In this document: positions 49,068 to 59,309 of the stretch, in pieces
Numbering within the stretch: position 1 is the first letter of the stretch
Layout: the number at the start of each line of letters is the position of its first letter
NCBI GenBank assembly: GCA_019058365.1
Contig: JAHPZE010000008.1
Span: 32,001-96,000, forward strand
Origin: Promethearchaeota archaeon
GTDB lineage: Archaea; Asgardarchaeota; Lokiarchaeia; Sigyniarchaeales; SOKP01
Length of the DNA: 64,000 nucleotides
Reading direction: 5' to 3'
Notes under the pieces: generated by a model
What the model was told of the DNA's origin: nothing
What the model saw: the letters and a program-made list of their open reading frames with translations, nothing else
The model's database searches: none
Made by a program: the position numbers and the translations under genes

Positions 49068-50039
49068 ATGGTAAGAATGTGTCCAGATATTATTTCTCTT
49101 GGTGAATTATTAGTAGAAATCATGCGTGAAGAAAAAGATACTCCGCATGGAAAACTTGGTGCGATATATAGGGGACCATTCCCTAGTGGGGCTCCAGCAA
49201 TATATATTGATACAGCAGCTCGTATGGGAAAGAATTTCAAATTTACAGCGGGATTTATTGGAACAATAGGAAATGATGAATTTGGGTCATGCATAATTCA
49301 AAAATTTAAGACTGATGAAATTGATATTTCCCAAATAAGAATCAGTGAAGATTTCACAACTGGAATAGCATTTAATCAATATAATTCTGATGGCTCTCGC
49401 AAATTTATTTTTGCTAAAGGTGCTGCTGGTGAAACCTCTCCAGATGATATTAAAGCAGAATTCTTCAAGAACATAAAAAATCTTCATATTATGGGAAGTG
49501 CCCTTTCCATAAGTTATAACTCTCGAGATGCATGTTATAAAGCAATTAAAATTGCAAAAGAATCTAATCCAGATGTCATTATCACATTTGATCCAAATCT
49601 TAGACCAGAAATGTTAGGGATCGAAAATATTTTAGAAATAAGTAAACCAGTGTTAGAAACTACTCAAATTTTACTCCCAAGTGGAGAAGAAGCTGAGATG
49701 TTAGCTGGAGTAAATGGATCAAAAAAAGCATGTCAAAAACTACTTGAAATGGGACCAGAAATTATCGTGTTAAAACAAGGAAAAGAAGGGTGTACTATTT
49801 TTACTTCTGATGAAAGTAATGGTAAAAAAGTAAAAGGATTTAAAGTAGATGAAAGAGATCCCACTGGAGCAGGAGATTCTTTTGGAGGGGCTTTTATCAT
49901 TGGATACTTAGCAGGTTGGGATATGGAAAAAATCGCAACTTTTGCAAATGCAGTAGGAGCCCTTAAAGTAGAATCTTTTGGTCCTATGGCTAATACTTCA
50001 TACGAAAATGTTATTAAATTCATGAAAAAGATTGATTGA
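49068..50039 (+). CDS. PfkB-family carbohydrate kinase
   Basis: GAPA, G.IGNDEFG, FDPNLR, DPTGAGDSFGG. Confidence 0.92.
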   Translation: MVRMCPDIISLGELLVEIMREEKDTPHGKLGAIYRGPFPSGAPAIYIDTAARMGKNFKFTAGFIGTIGNDEFGSCIIQKFKTDEIDISQIRISEDFTTGIAFNQYNSDGSRKFIFAKGAAGETSPDDIKAEFFKNIKNLHIMGSALSISYNSRDACYKAIKIAKESNPDVIITFDPNLRPEMLGIENILEISKPVLETTQILLPSGEEAEMLAGVNGSKKACQKLLEMGPEIIVLKQGKEGCTIFTSDESNGKKVKGFKVDERDPTGAGDSFGGAFIIGYLAGWDMEKIATFANAVGALKVESFGPMANTSYENVIKFMKKID

Positions 50040-50971
50040 TAAATATGTCAATTAGTTCTGCTAAATCAATTCAAGAGAGAACGTTAGATTTTTGTAAAAC
50101 AATAGGAAATTGGCAAATCAATACCACATTTTTCGACCAAATTAATGTTCTACTTAATAAAGAGTATGATATGATTCCAGAGAAAGAACGAATTGGCAAG
50201 GGAATTAAATTTATATCTAACCATGTCGCTAAAGGTGTGTTTCAAAACTTAATTAATAAGAAAAGAACCAACATAGGATTTATTATTGAGCTTGTAGAGA
50301 ATATATTTGATTATGGAGAAAATATAGATAGTAATATACTCCAGCTTTATGCTCTCCATATTATTGCAGAATTTATAACATCATTTCCTGAAGAATTTGA
50401 AAAAATGATACCATTAATAGAAGTATACGCATGTCATAGAAATTGGATAGTTAGAGAGACAATTGTGGATGCAATTTTAGTAGGTTTAAAAAAAACTCCA
50501 AACAAAACCCTTGAATTATTATCCAATTGGGCTGAAAGTAGCAATGAAAATCTCAGAAGACTTGTTTCAGAAAGCCTTAGACCTCACGTGTCCGTAAAAT
50601 GGCTTAGAGATCCTACAAAAAATGATAAAATTATAGAACTTCTCACAATTTTAAGAAAAGATCCTTCTATTTATGTAAGAAAATCAGTAGGGAATAATCT
50701 TAAAGATCTATCAAAATATATGCCCGAGAAGATCTTGGGTTTAATGGAATCCTGGATTAATAAAGCACAAATCAAAGTTCATGCTGAAATTTCTACTGAA
50801 ATTGGGCTAAGCATAGAAAAAAAAAGATTAATTTGGACTGTGAAGCATGCAATGAGATGGTTGAAAAATAAAAATCCCGAATTCCACCCTTTTCTTGAAA
50901 AAATTTTAGGAAAAAACTATGTACTATATTTTGATGAAAAGCGAAATAGGTTAGCAAAACCTATAAATTAA
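50036..50971 (+). CDS. HEAT-repeat DNA alkylation repair-like protein (AlkC/AlkD-like)
   Basis: WA.S.NENLRRLVSE..RP, LRKDPS.YVRKSVGNNL.D.SK. Confidence 0.8.
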   Translation: MINMSISSAKSIQERTLDFCKTIGNWQINTTFFDQINVLLNKEYDMIPEKERIGKGIKFISNHVAKGVFQNLINKKRTNIGFIIELVENIFDYGENIDSNILQLYALHIIAEFITSFPEEFEKMIPLIEVYACHRNWIVRETIVDAILVGLKKTPNKTLELLSNWAESSNENLRRLVSESLRPHVSVKWLRDPTKNDKIIELLTILRKDPSIYVRKSVGNNLKDLSKYMPEKILGLMESWINKAQIKVHAEISTEIGLSIEKKRLIWTVKHAMRWLKNKNPEFHPFLEKILGKNYVLYFDEKRNRLAKPIN

Positions 50972-50984
50972 AATGAAATTAAGC

Positions 50985-51068
50985 GGGGTTAGTGTGCCTG
51001 TTCAAATGCGAATCATAGATAAAGTATTACCGATATCATTCAATCCGGTCAAAAGACACATAAACCCC
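50985..51068. ncRNA. Candidate structured non-coding RNA (84 nt, long closing stem), class unknown
   Basis: GGGGTT...AACCCC termini close a ~15-bp stem; internal hairpins; GC-richer than the flanks. Confidence 0.4.
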
Positions 51069-51364
51069 ATAAATATTTGTTTCTCGATTTAGAATAATCC
51101 AATTTACTACTTAAAACATAATCATATATAAATTTATTCATTAATTTTATCCTATTGCCTAAATATAGACAAGAAAAAATCAACATTTAAATATCTGAAT
51201 AAGTATTTTAACATAAGAAACTTATTAGATGTGTATATCTATAATGATCGATTATTTAAATCGAGATATATTTTACCAAAAATTTTGCATTTGCAAAAAC
51301 TAATTAAATTTACATATTCTAATTCTATATGAGGTATTAATTATCATAATCCAACAATTATAAA

Positions 51365-52819
51365 ATGACAGACGAATTTAAAGGAGAAGAAAAGGAAGGC
51401 AAGTCGGAAAGGGAAACGGACAGAGTTGATAAGGAATTTTTATCTAAAGCTAAAAACTCAAGAGATATGATAGATAAAAAATTAAGAACATTTGAAAATA
51501 GCATTGAAGATATATCAGAGACCATAACAAATGGAGAAGCAGTAGAAAAGAAAGAGACTGAGACGAAAGCTATCGAAGAAATTAGCGAAGAGATAAAAGA
51601 AGCTCAAGAAAAACTTAATTCTATTACTAAAAAGGTAGATGACAAAGAGGAATATCTTAGTGCGATAGAAGATACAATAAAACAGCTTGAGGAAAAATAT
51701 AATAGTAAAACTGATGAGATGAATAATTTAGAGGAAAGACTAAGCATTACTACAGAAAGTAAAGAGAATTTAGAACAAGAATATATGGAACTTTTGAAAA
51801 ATAATGAACAATTAGTAAAACAGTATGAAACAAGACAAGTAGATTTAATTGTACTTACAGATTCAATAAAAGAAAAGGTTACTACTCAAGATGAACTTCG
51901 CACTAAATTATCTAAAATGAATCAAGAGATTCAAACAGGTGAAGACTTACTTGAAAAGCAAAGAGAAGAAGCGGAAGCAATAGAAAAGAAATTAAAGAGT
52001 CAACGAGCTGAAAATGAGACTTTGCGAGTCTCTATTAGCAAGAATAAAATTGAATTAGAACATTCGAATTCTGAAATTGAAGCAAAAGAAGAAGAAAAAA
52101 ATCTGCTTACTGAACAAATTGATAAAAAAGAAAGAAGAATTAAAGAAATTGAATCAAGACTCGAAGAATACAAAGAAGGTTTTCCTGAAATGGAAAAACA
52201 AAGAGAAACATATGAGGAACTTCTTGCTAAATATAAAATACAGTTAGCTGATAAACAACAACAAATGATAGAGATTGAATCCCGTATACAAGAACTTAAT
52301 GGCACAGCTAATTCTTTGATTGAACAAATCATTTCAAAGGAAAATTTAATCGAAGCTAATGAAAAACGAGTAGCTGAATTAAAAAAAGGCATTGAAACAT
52401 CAAATACTGAATATATTGAACGAGAGAAGCGCTTAGAAGCATTAACAGAAAAATTAAAACGTCTGGAAACTGATCAAGAGAAATTAAGTAAAGCAAAAGA
52501 AGCAATTGAAAGCAGTACCAATGATTCTAGAGCAATCTTGCAAAAACTAAAAATAGAATTAGAAAGTCAAGAGAAAGAGATTAGAGATAAGGAAAGCAGA
52601 ATTCATAGATTAGAAGTTTTATCAGCTATTTATCGTGCTTCTAAATTTTTTGGAGGTATCTTAATTGGTGTTGGTATTTTTTTCATAATATGGGCTATGG
52701 GTGTATTTTTTAATATCATTGATCTAGGTAATTTAAATAACTACTTAATGAGTTTATTCTTATTAATTGGTGCTATAGTATCTATTATTTCAGGTATATT
52801 TCATTTAGAAAAATCGTAA
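51365..52819 (+). CDS. Long coiled-coil protein with two C-terminal TM helices
   Basis: ~400 aa E/K-rich heptads, then FFGGILIGVGIFFIIWAMGVF and LMSLFLLIGAIVSIISGIF. Confidence 0.85.
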   Translation: MTDEFKGEEKEGKSERETDRVDKEFLSKAKNSRDMIDKKLRTFENSIEDISETITNGEAVEKKETETKAIEEISEEIKEAQEKLNSITKKVDDKEEYLSAIEDTIKQLEEKYNSKTDEMNNLEERLSITTESKENLEQEYMELLKNNEQLVKQYETRQVDLIVLTDSIKEKVTTQDELRTKLSKMNQEIQTGEDLLEKQREEAEAIEKKLKSQRAENETLRVSISKNKIELEHSNSEIEAKEEEKNLLTEQIDKKERRIKEIESRLEEYKEGFPEMEKQRETYEELLAKYKIQLADKQQQMIEIESRIQELNGTANSLIEQIISKENLIEANEKRVAELKKGIETSNTEYIEREKRLEALTEKLKRLETDQEKLSKAKEAIESSTNDSRAILQKLKIELESQEKEIRDKESRIHRLEVLSAIYRASKFFGGILIGVGIFFIIWAMGVFFNIIDLGNLNNYLMSLFLLIGAIVSIISGIFHLEKS

Positions 52820-52882
52820 TATATTAAATTCATATCATAATATTGTAATTTTTAATTTGAACATTAATTAAATGAGATAAAT

Positions 52883-54772
52883 TTGACTGAAAAAGAGCAA
52901 AAAAGAATTCTTCCAACACGAACTATTGGATTATGGGCAGGTGTTTTATATGGGATTGGTTGTGGAATTGGAGGATCAATATTTATCTTATTAGGATCAG
53001 CAATAAATGACGCGGGATCTGGTGTATTAATTAGTCTATCTCTTGGAGGAATTTTGATATTTTTTACTGCTTTAAATTCTAGTGAACTATCAACTAGTTT
53101 GCCTATTTCTGGTGGTGCATATAATTTCAGTAAAGAAGCATTAGGAGGATTCCTTGCTTTTATAATTGGCTTTTTTCTATGGATTGCTAATATAGCATCA
53201 TTTTCATTTTCAGCTCAAGCTTTAGCAATCGTTATTCAAGAATTTTTTAATTTACCCTTTTATATACCCTTTATTCTATTAATAGCAATTGTATCAATAT
53301 TGTTCATCGCGATTGTGGTATTCAGAACCCAAAAATTAGCACTAAGGACCTTAATTACTTTGACAATAATTCAATTGATAATTTTTGGTATATTTATTTT
53401 TGCAGGTTTAATTATTGCGCCAAATATTAATTTACCAAGTTATAATCCAAGTTTTTTACATTCAGATTTAGATTTTTTTAGGATTATTTTTGTTTTTGCA
53501 TCTACCTTCATTTTTTTTGCAAGTATTATCTCAAACTTGGCATACTTAAATGCAGACTTAAAAAATCCCTCGAGAAGTATTCCTAAAGTTAATATTCTCG
53601 CAATTATGATAACATTGAGCATATATCTTTTAACCACTTTTACTGTACTGATTAATCTTGGAAATAAACAATCAGAGTTAGGTAAATCCTCTATTTTATT
53701 AACATTAATAAGTGGTGATATAATGGGTTTTCCAGGATATTTGCTTATGGGTATAGCCGCTATAATTTCGACATTTATTATGATGAATGCTGCTTTAGGT
53801 TCTGCGATAGCAGTCTTTAGTGCTCTTGCTAGGGATCATTATGTATCGCAGAAATTTTTAAAAGTAAATAAAAAAACAAATGTACAACCTTATATTTTAA
53901 TCCTAACGTCTTTAATTACAATTTCATTTACTATATTAGCTTTAACATTCGCTAATATTGGATTTTCTGCCAACATTACTACATTTATTTATTTCATAGG
54001 ATTAGCATTTATAAACTTTGCCGCAGTTAATCTACGACGTAAGAGAAAAGAACTTGATAGACCTTTTAAAGCTCCATTTTATCCCTATTTACCAGTGATC
54101 GTTATGTCTTTCTATCTAATACTTGCTTTATTCTTAGATATAAGTGCAATCTTCTTAGGATTAATTATTTTAAGTATTGGAATAACATATTACTTACTTA
54201 CAATTGCAGATCGTCATTCAATCATTCTAACCCTAGCTGGATTAAAATTTTTTGCTATAATTTTAGTTGGAATCTTTATTTGGGTATTAAATAATTTAAG
54301 CGTTCTAAATTCACCAATACCTGGAATTGCTGCTGTTTTTTCATTTATCTTATTACGCATTTTAATTGTTATTTGTTTTTTTATAATTGGCACTATTTTC
54401 TTTGATGTTATTCCATTAAAACAAGTAGTATATTTTTTTATCAAAAAGATCAATAAAGATGAAGTAGCCATAGATATAGGAATTGGACGAATCATCGAAC
54501 TCAAAAAAGTTAAAGCAAAATCTATTTATTATGCGAATATCATTATTGGCATTATTCAAATTATTTCTGCAATTTTCATTTTTGCTTTAGTCTCCTTATT
54601 TGTATATGAGATAATTTCAATTGATAGTATTACTATTGGTAGTACGGTTATAGCTCAAGCAACTGGAGAATATTTATTTCTATCTCTTTTGGTCTTTCTT
54701 GGTGCGACATTATTGTTTAGTGGACCCTTTAATTTATACATTAATAAAGAAACAAAGACATTGGGAATATAA
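52883..54772 (+). CDS. APC-family amino acid permease with additional C-terminal TM segments
   Basis: IGGSIF, ELSTSLP.SGGAY, KNP.RSIP, RPFKAPFYP. Confidence 0.88.
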   Translation: MTEKEQKRILPTRTIGLWAGVLYGIGCGIGGSIFILLGSAINDAGSGVLISLSLGGILIFFTALNSSELSTSLPISGGAYNFSKEALGGFLAFIIGFFLWIANIASFSFSAQALAIVIQEFFNLPFYIPFILLIAIVSILFIAIVVFRTQKLALRTLITLTIIQLIIFGIFIFAGLIIAPNINLPSYNPSFLHSDLDFFRIIFVFASTFIFFASIISNLAYLNADLKNPSRSIPKVNILAIMITLSIYLLTTFTVLINLGNKQSELGKSSILLTLISGDIMGFPGYLLMGIAAIISTFIMMNAALGSAIAVFSALARDHYVSQKFLKVNKKTNVQPYILILTSLITISFTILALTFANIGFSANITTFIYFIGLAFINFAAVNLRRKRKELDRPFKAPFYPYLPVIVMSFYLILALFLDISAIFLGLIILSIGITYYLLTIADRHSIILTLAGLKFFAIILVGIFIWVLNNLSVLNSPIPGIAAVFSFILLRILIVICFFIIGTIFFDVIPLKQVVYFFIKKINKDEVAIDIGIGRIIELKKVKAKSIYYANIIIGIIQIISAIFIFALVSLFVYEIISIDSITIGSTVIAQATGEYLFLSLLVFLGATLLFSGPFNLYINKETKTLGI

Positions 54773-54798
54773 TCTGTTCCTTTTTATCTATAAGAAAA

Positions 54799-55533
54799 AT
54801 GCAATTTCCAAAAATTAATCTCCATATTCATTCGAATTATTCTGATGGAAAACAAACAATTAAACGAATTATAGAAAAAGCAATTGAGCTAGAATTAGAT
54901 TATATTGCTATAACAGATCATTTTACTAACTCTTGGAAAGCGTGGGTATCGACTCTGAAGAATTCTGACATAATTTCGACTTATCTAGACGAAATTTCAA
55001 GTTGTCAGGAATATTTATCAGCAAATAATAAACAATTAACTCTTCTAAAAGGCATAGAAGTAGATCTTTCTAGCTCTATGCAATTTATACAAAAGTATAT
55101 TCAAGCAGATAAATTTGATCTGATTTTGTTTGAGTATCTTCAAAGCCCTGAGTCAATCGCTTTTATTGAAAATTTAATTTATTATTGGAAATTAACAAAT
55201 TTAGATAAATTCGCAATATTTGGCTTAGCACATTTCGATCCTTCTTATTTCATTATGGGAAACCTTGATACTTTAATGTTATTTCTCATAAAACATAACA
55301 TTTATTTTGAATTTAACTCAAGCTATCCTTCATTTTATTCTCCTAAATATGAACGATTTTTTGAAAAATTAAGAGAATATGAAATTCCTGTTGCAATTGG
55401 ATGTGATTCTCATGACCTAAGAACTCTGGATAATATTGATGAACCTTTTGAGATGATAAAGTATTATAACCTTGAAAGAAACTTCGAAATTCTCATAAAT
55501 TTATTAGATATAAAAAATCATAAAAAAAACTAA
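54799..55533 (+). CDS. PHP-domain metal-dependent phosphoesterase
   Basis: LHIHSNYSDG, ITDH, GIE, AH, GCDSH. Confidence 0.9.
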   Translation: MQFPKINLHIHSNYSDGKQTIKRIIEKAIELELDYIAITDHFTNSWKAWVSTLKNSDIISTYLDEISSCQEYLSANNKQLTLLKGIEVDLSSSMQFIQKYIQADKFDLILFEYLQSPESIAFIENLIYYWKLTNLDKFAIFGLAHFDPSYFIMGNLDTLMLFLIKHNIYFEFNSSYPSFYSPKYERFFEKLREYEIPVAIGCDSHDLRTLDNIDEPFEMIKYYNLERNFEILINLLDIKNHKKN

Positions 55534-55578
55534 TTTTCAAAATAAATTTATAATCATTTGTTTTTTACTTGGAACTGT

Positions 55579-55983
55579 TCAGAAACAATTTTTATTTAAA
55601 TAATTAAGATAATATTTAAATGCTTTTTCAAATGCAATGTCAATAATAATCTCACCTGTAGATTTGGGATCTTCTAACATTCTTTTTAAAATATTTCTCC
55701 CAAAGTAAAATATCTCCTTAATCGCATTTAACCTTATCCCAATTGGCATTTCTGCTATTTTAGCTATAGTTTTATTATTCTTTAGTTGCCAATCTCTTAA
55801 TGCATTCCAAACGATACCTCTAATAGCAGATTTAGGAATTTTTATGATAAGATATAAAAATGTGGATATTTCATCAATAAATTTGGATTGATATACCGTA
55901 CATTCAATATTTTCATAATCTTTTTCAGTATGCTTTAAAGCTTCCATATCAAAATTAATAGTATATGATAAAATATTCCTCAA
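55579..55983 (-). CDS. Hypothetical protein
   Basis: 134-aa ORF filling the space between genes; no motif recognised. Confidence 0.6.
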   Translation of the reverse strand: MRNILSYTINFDMEALKHTEKDYENIECTVYQSKFIDEISTFLYLIIKIPKSAIRGIVWNALRDWQLKNNKTIAKIAEMPIGIRLNAIKEIFYFGRNILKRMLEDPKSTGEIIIDIAFEKAFKYYLNYLNKNCF

Positions 55984-56188
55984 CCTCTGTTATACCAATT
56001 AAAATATCAAATAAGTTCTATTTAAACTTTAATTAAAACAAAAATTTATAAGGCGTTATATTAACTGCTCAATTTATTTAAATACAATCTCTATCGATCA
56101 ATCCTTTAAAAAAATCTATATAAAATACTCTTTTTTTTAGTATCAAAAAAAAAAAGATTTTAATATTTTACAGTAGAAAAATATTAAC

Positions 56189-57448
56189 ATGAGAGATAAT
56201 AAAAAAGTAAGCAGAAAGTTTTTCTCCTATTTTAAATATATGATTTTTATCTTAATATTTGTTGAAATACTTGATACGTATACAACAAATAATCTAAATG
56301 TTGTAGTTTCCGAAATATCTGGAGAATTTTTTCCAGATTTATCCTCGAATGCAGCAATCTCAATTTTTCAAATTTTTGTAGCTATAGGAACATTGGGAAT
56401 GTATTTAGTATTTTTAAATCAGTATTTAGCTGATAGAGTAGGAAGAAAATTACTCTTAGTCTTTACTGTCTTTGGAATGGGATTTGCTTCCTTACTAATT
56501 AATTTCTCAACTAACATAATCACGTATACTATTTTTTTGTTTTTATTGTATTTTTTCTTCAATTCAGATATATGGGTAATATATATTAATGAAGAGAGCC
56601 CTTCTGATAAAAGAGCTTTTTATACAAACTTAGTTCTGATTGGAGGAGTTGTGGGGGCGTTATTAATACCGGCATTTCATGATATTATTATAAATTGGAG
56701 AGGTATGACATATTTCTCAATATTATTAGGGATTCCATTAAGCATAATCATCTTCTTTACTTTTAAAGAAACTTCAAAGTATCTAGAAATAAAGGAAGAT
56801 AACTCCTTATTAACACAAAAACCAAAAACGTTTAAAGAAAATATAAAGAAAATCTTTAAATCTTCTCGAAGAAAGGAATTTATCGTAATTCTTATTATAA
56901 GTTTGATAATAGGTCTGAATAATCTCTTCATTTTAGTGGGAGAGGATTTTTTATCTGATAATTTTACTAAGGAAGATGTTGATACAGTTATCTGGGTGAT
57001 GGGAATTGCATCTATAATAGGATATCTTATTACTGGAGTAACTGCTGATAGAATTGGAAGAAGACCCTTATGCTATCTCTATTCTATTCTATTTCCTATC
57101 TCTATTTTTATTATTGTTCTTGGAGTTAATTTTTCGGAAGGTGCTTTAACAATGATTATGATTGGAGCAGGATTAGCAAATTTATCATATTGGGGACTTC
57201 GTGTTTTAATTAGTATTATAGCATTAGAAATTATACCTACTCAATCAAGAGGGACTGGAGTGGGATTAAAAACATTAACAAGTTCAGTTGGTATAACAGT
57301 AGGACTTATATTAAGTAGCATAATTACATTCACTCAAGGATTAGAACTGTCTTTTTTCATCTTTAGTTTATTATTCATTGGTGTCTTTTTCTTAGTTTTA
57401 GTATTTTTAAAGGAAACTAAAGGTGTGAATTTAAGCGATATTGAATAA
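56189..57448 (+). CDS. MFS transporter
   Basis: LADRVGRK and ADRIGRR motif A, E..P...RG, KETKG. Confidence 0.92.
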   Translation: MRDNKKVSRKFFSYFKYMIFILIFVEILDTYTTNNLNVVVSEISGEFFPDLSSNAAISIFQIFVAIGTLGMYLVFLNQYLADRVGRKLLLVFTVFGMGFASLLINFSTNIITYTIFLFLLYFFFNSDIWVIYINEESPSDKRAFYTNLVLIGGVVGALLIPAFHDIIINWRGMTYFSILLGIPLSIIIFFTFKETSKYLEIKEDNSLLTQKPKTFKENIKKIFKSSRRKEFIVILIISLIIGLNNLFILVGEDFLSDNFTKEDVDTVIWVMGIASIIGYLITGVTADRIGRRPLCYLYSILFPISIFIIVLGVNFSEGALTMIMIGAGLANLSYWGLRVLISIIALEIIPTQSRGTGVGLKTLTSSVGITVGLILSSIITFTQGLELSFFIFSLLFIGVFFLVLVFLKETKGVNLSDIE

Positions 57449-57483
57449 GTATTACAAAAATCTTTTTAAAGTCTATTATTTTT

Positions 57484-57692
57484 ATGTTTTTTAAAGATTT
57501 TGAAGAAAAAATTGATTTAGCTGCTAAATGAATAGCTGAATCAGAACGATTAGTAATTTTTACTGGTGCAAGAATTTCTACTGGGAGCGGATTATCTGAT
57601 TATAGAGGCCCAGATGGCGTTTGGACTAGACAGGATAAAGGACTTTCTCCTCCAAAGAGCCCTCCTTGGGATCAAGTGAAACCTAATCCTAA
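57484..57692 (+). pseudogene. Degenerate 5' fragment of a sirtuin (paralogue of 60874-61641)
   Basis: [48 protein letters not shown]...WDQVKPNPN; TGG>TGA at 57529, GAG>GAR, truncated. Confidence 0.9.
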
Positions 57693-57770
57693 TTATTCAT
57701 TGCAGTATTTTTCCTAGTTCTCATATTTCTAAAAGAAACTAAAGGTGTAGATTTAAGTAAGATTGAATAG
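57693..57770 (+). pseudogene. 3' remnant of a second MFS paralogue
   Basis: LFIAVFFLVLIFLKETKGVDLSKIE* versus intact LFIGVFFLVLVFLKETKGVNLSDIE*. Confidence 0.85.
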
Positions 57771-57876
57771 TTAATTTATATCTAATAATAAAAATAATTC
57801 TTTTGAAGAAACAAATTTATTTATAATACCATTTCATTAAATTATTTTAGATTTTTAAGTTCAATAATGATAATTA

Positions 57877-58476
57877 ATGTATCGGTTTAAAGTGATATTA
57901 GCTGGAGATAAAAATGTAGGAAAGAGTTCTCTTATTTCTCGCTTTTGTGATAATAATTTTGATGAACGTATAAAAGAAACTATAGGTGTTGCATTTAAAA
58001 GAAAAAAAGTTATTGTAATGGATAACAACAGTGAAGTTGCTTTAGATTTAAATATATGGGATTTTGGAGGAGAGGAAAAATATCGTACATTATTTCCTCC
58101 GTATGCTAATGGTGCAGCTGCAGCATTGATTTTATTTGATACTACAAATGAAAAATCTCTAGATGGTATAGCAAATTGGGTAAAAATTATCGAAGACAAT
58201 TCTATGCCAAATGTGGTAAAATTATTAATTGCCACTAAAATCGATTTAAAGGAAAAAAGAGAAGTATCTATAAAAAAAGCAATGGAATATTGTAATAATT
58301 ATGATTGGTGCAAGGAAATTGTTAAAACTTCATCAAAATCGGGAGAAAATGTTGAAGAAACATTCTTAACCGTTGCTAAGAATTTATTGAAAAGAAATTT
58401 GCAGAAATGTGAAGCTTGTGGGGCATTTTTTAGCATAAAATTGAAATTCTGTACTATTTGCGGCAAAAAAAATTAA
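57877..58476 (+). CDS. Rab-like small GTPase with a C-terminal zinc ribbon
   Basis: GDKNVGKSS, TIGVAF, WDFGGEEKY, TKID, SSK; CEACG...CTICG. Confidence 0.9.
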   Translation: MYRFKVILAGDKNVGKSSLISRFCDNNFDERIKETIGVAFKRKKVIVMDNNSEVALDLNIWDFGGEEKYRTLFPPYANGAAAALILFDTTNEKSLDGIANWVKIIEDNSMPNVVKLLIATKIDLKEKREVSIKKAMEYCNNYDWCKEIVKTSSKSGENVEETFLTVAKNLLKRNLQKCEACGAFFSIKLKFCTICGKKN

Positions 58477-58502
58477 ATGGATGTAAGTCCTATTTAAAAA
58501 TT

Positions 58503-59309
58503 TTATAAATCTTCTTCTTCTCTATTATAAAGAGAAGGGGGTATTTTTACTTTTTCTAAGGGTCTAGTTTTAATCCTATCAATAAAAGTTTCTAGTTCCA
58601 TTTTAGCATTAGTTATAGAAGATTCTATTTCCTTATTTACTAATTCTTCTCCAATGAGATAATTTCCATGACCTGGATAAAAACTATCTATTTTAAGAGT
58701 ATTTAATATTTGAAGCGAATTGATATACTCTGAAATTGAACCGGATTCATAAATATTCGTAATTCTTCCTTTAAATAATGTATCTCCTGAAAATAAATAA
58801 TGTTTAAATGGTTCATAAAGACATATACATCCAGATGTATGGCCTGGTGTTTCAATTACTTTTAATATGGTATTTCCTAAATCTATTATATTTCTATCTT
58901 CAAACCAAATGTTTATAGTTAAATTTGTTAAATCTACTCCCCATTTCTTTCCTTTAGTTATCAACTCATCACTATACTGGATTTTTACTGCTGCCCACCT
59001 ATGTGCTGCTGTAATACAGTGAAAGTAGGCGTTTGAACTGATATGATCAAAATGTTCATGTGTATTGATAACAAGATTAATTTCTTCTAATTTTAAACCT
59101 ATTTCTGTAGTAAGTAAATAATTAAAACTATTGAATTTTGTAATAATACCAGTGTCTATAAGTACATTTAATTCATCACCTACTATTAAATAAACATGAC
59201 AACCAGGTCCTGCAGAGTAAAATTGGTAAACATTAGGAGTTAAATGGTTTAATATATATCCTGATTTACCATATAAATCATCTTCTTTGATTAAATGAGG
59301 TTTAAACAT
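58503..59309 (-). CDS. MBL-fold metallo-hydrolase
   Basis: IDTG, THEHFDH, TPGHT, SGD, PGHG. Confidence 0.92.
   Translation of the reverse strand: MFKPHLIKEDDLYGKSGYILNHLTPNVYQFYSAGPGCHVYLIVGDELNVLIDTGIITKFNSFNYLLTTEIGLKLEEINLVINTHEHFDHISSNAYFHCITAAHRWAAVKIQYSDELITKGKKWGVDLTNLTINIWFEDRNIIDLGNTILKVIETPGHTSGCICLYEPFKHYLFSGDTLFKGRITNIYESGSISEYINSLQILNTLKIDSFYPGHGNYLIGEELVNKEIESSITNAKMELETFIDRIKTRPLEKVKIPPSLYNREEEDL

Noticed and set aside
50985-51068. tRNA, or C/D guide against the 16S 530 loop (GTATTACCG)
   Set aside because: No cloverleaf; the 9-nt complement is not followed by a CTGA D box, so it is kept only as an unclassified RNA candidate
51365-52819. SMC/Rad50 assignment for the coiled-coil protein
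   Set aside because: No Walker A/B or hinge; TM helices at the C-terminus
57529-57531. In-frame TGA in the sirtuin fragment as selenocysteine or readthrough
   Set aside because: It replaces Trp (TGG) of the intact paralogue, and the fragment has other damaging changes and is truncated
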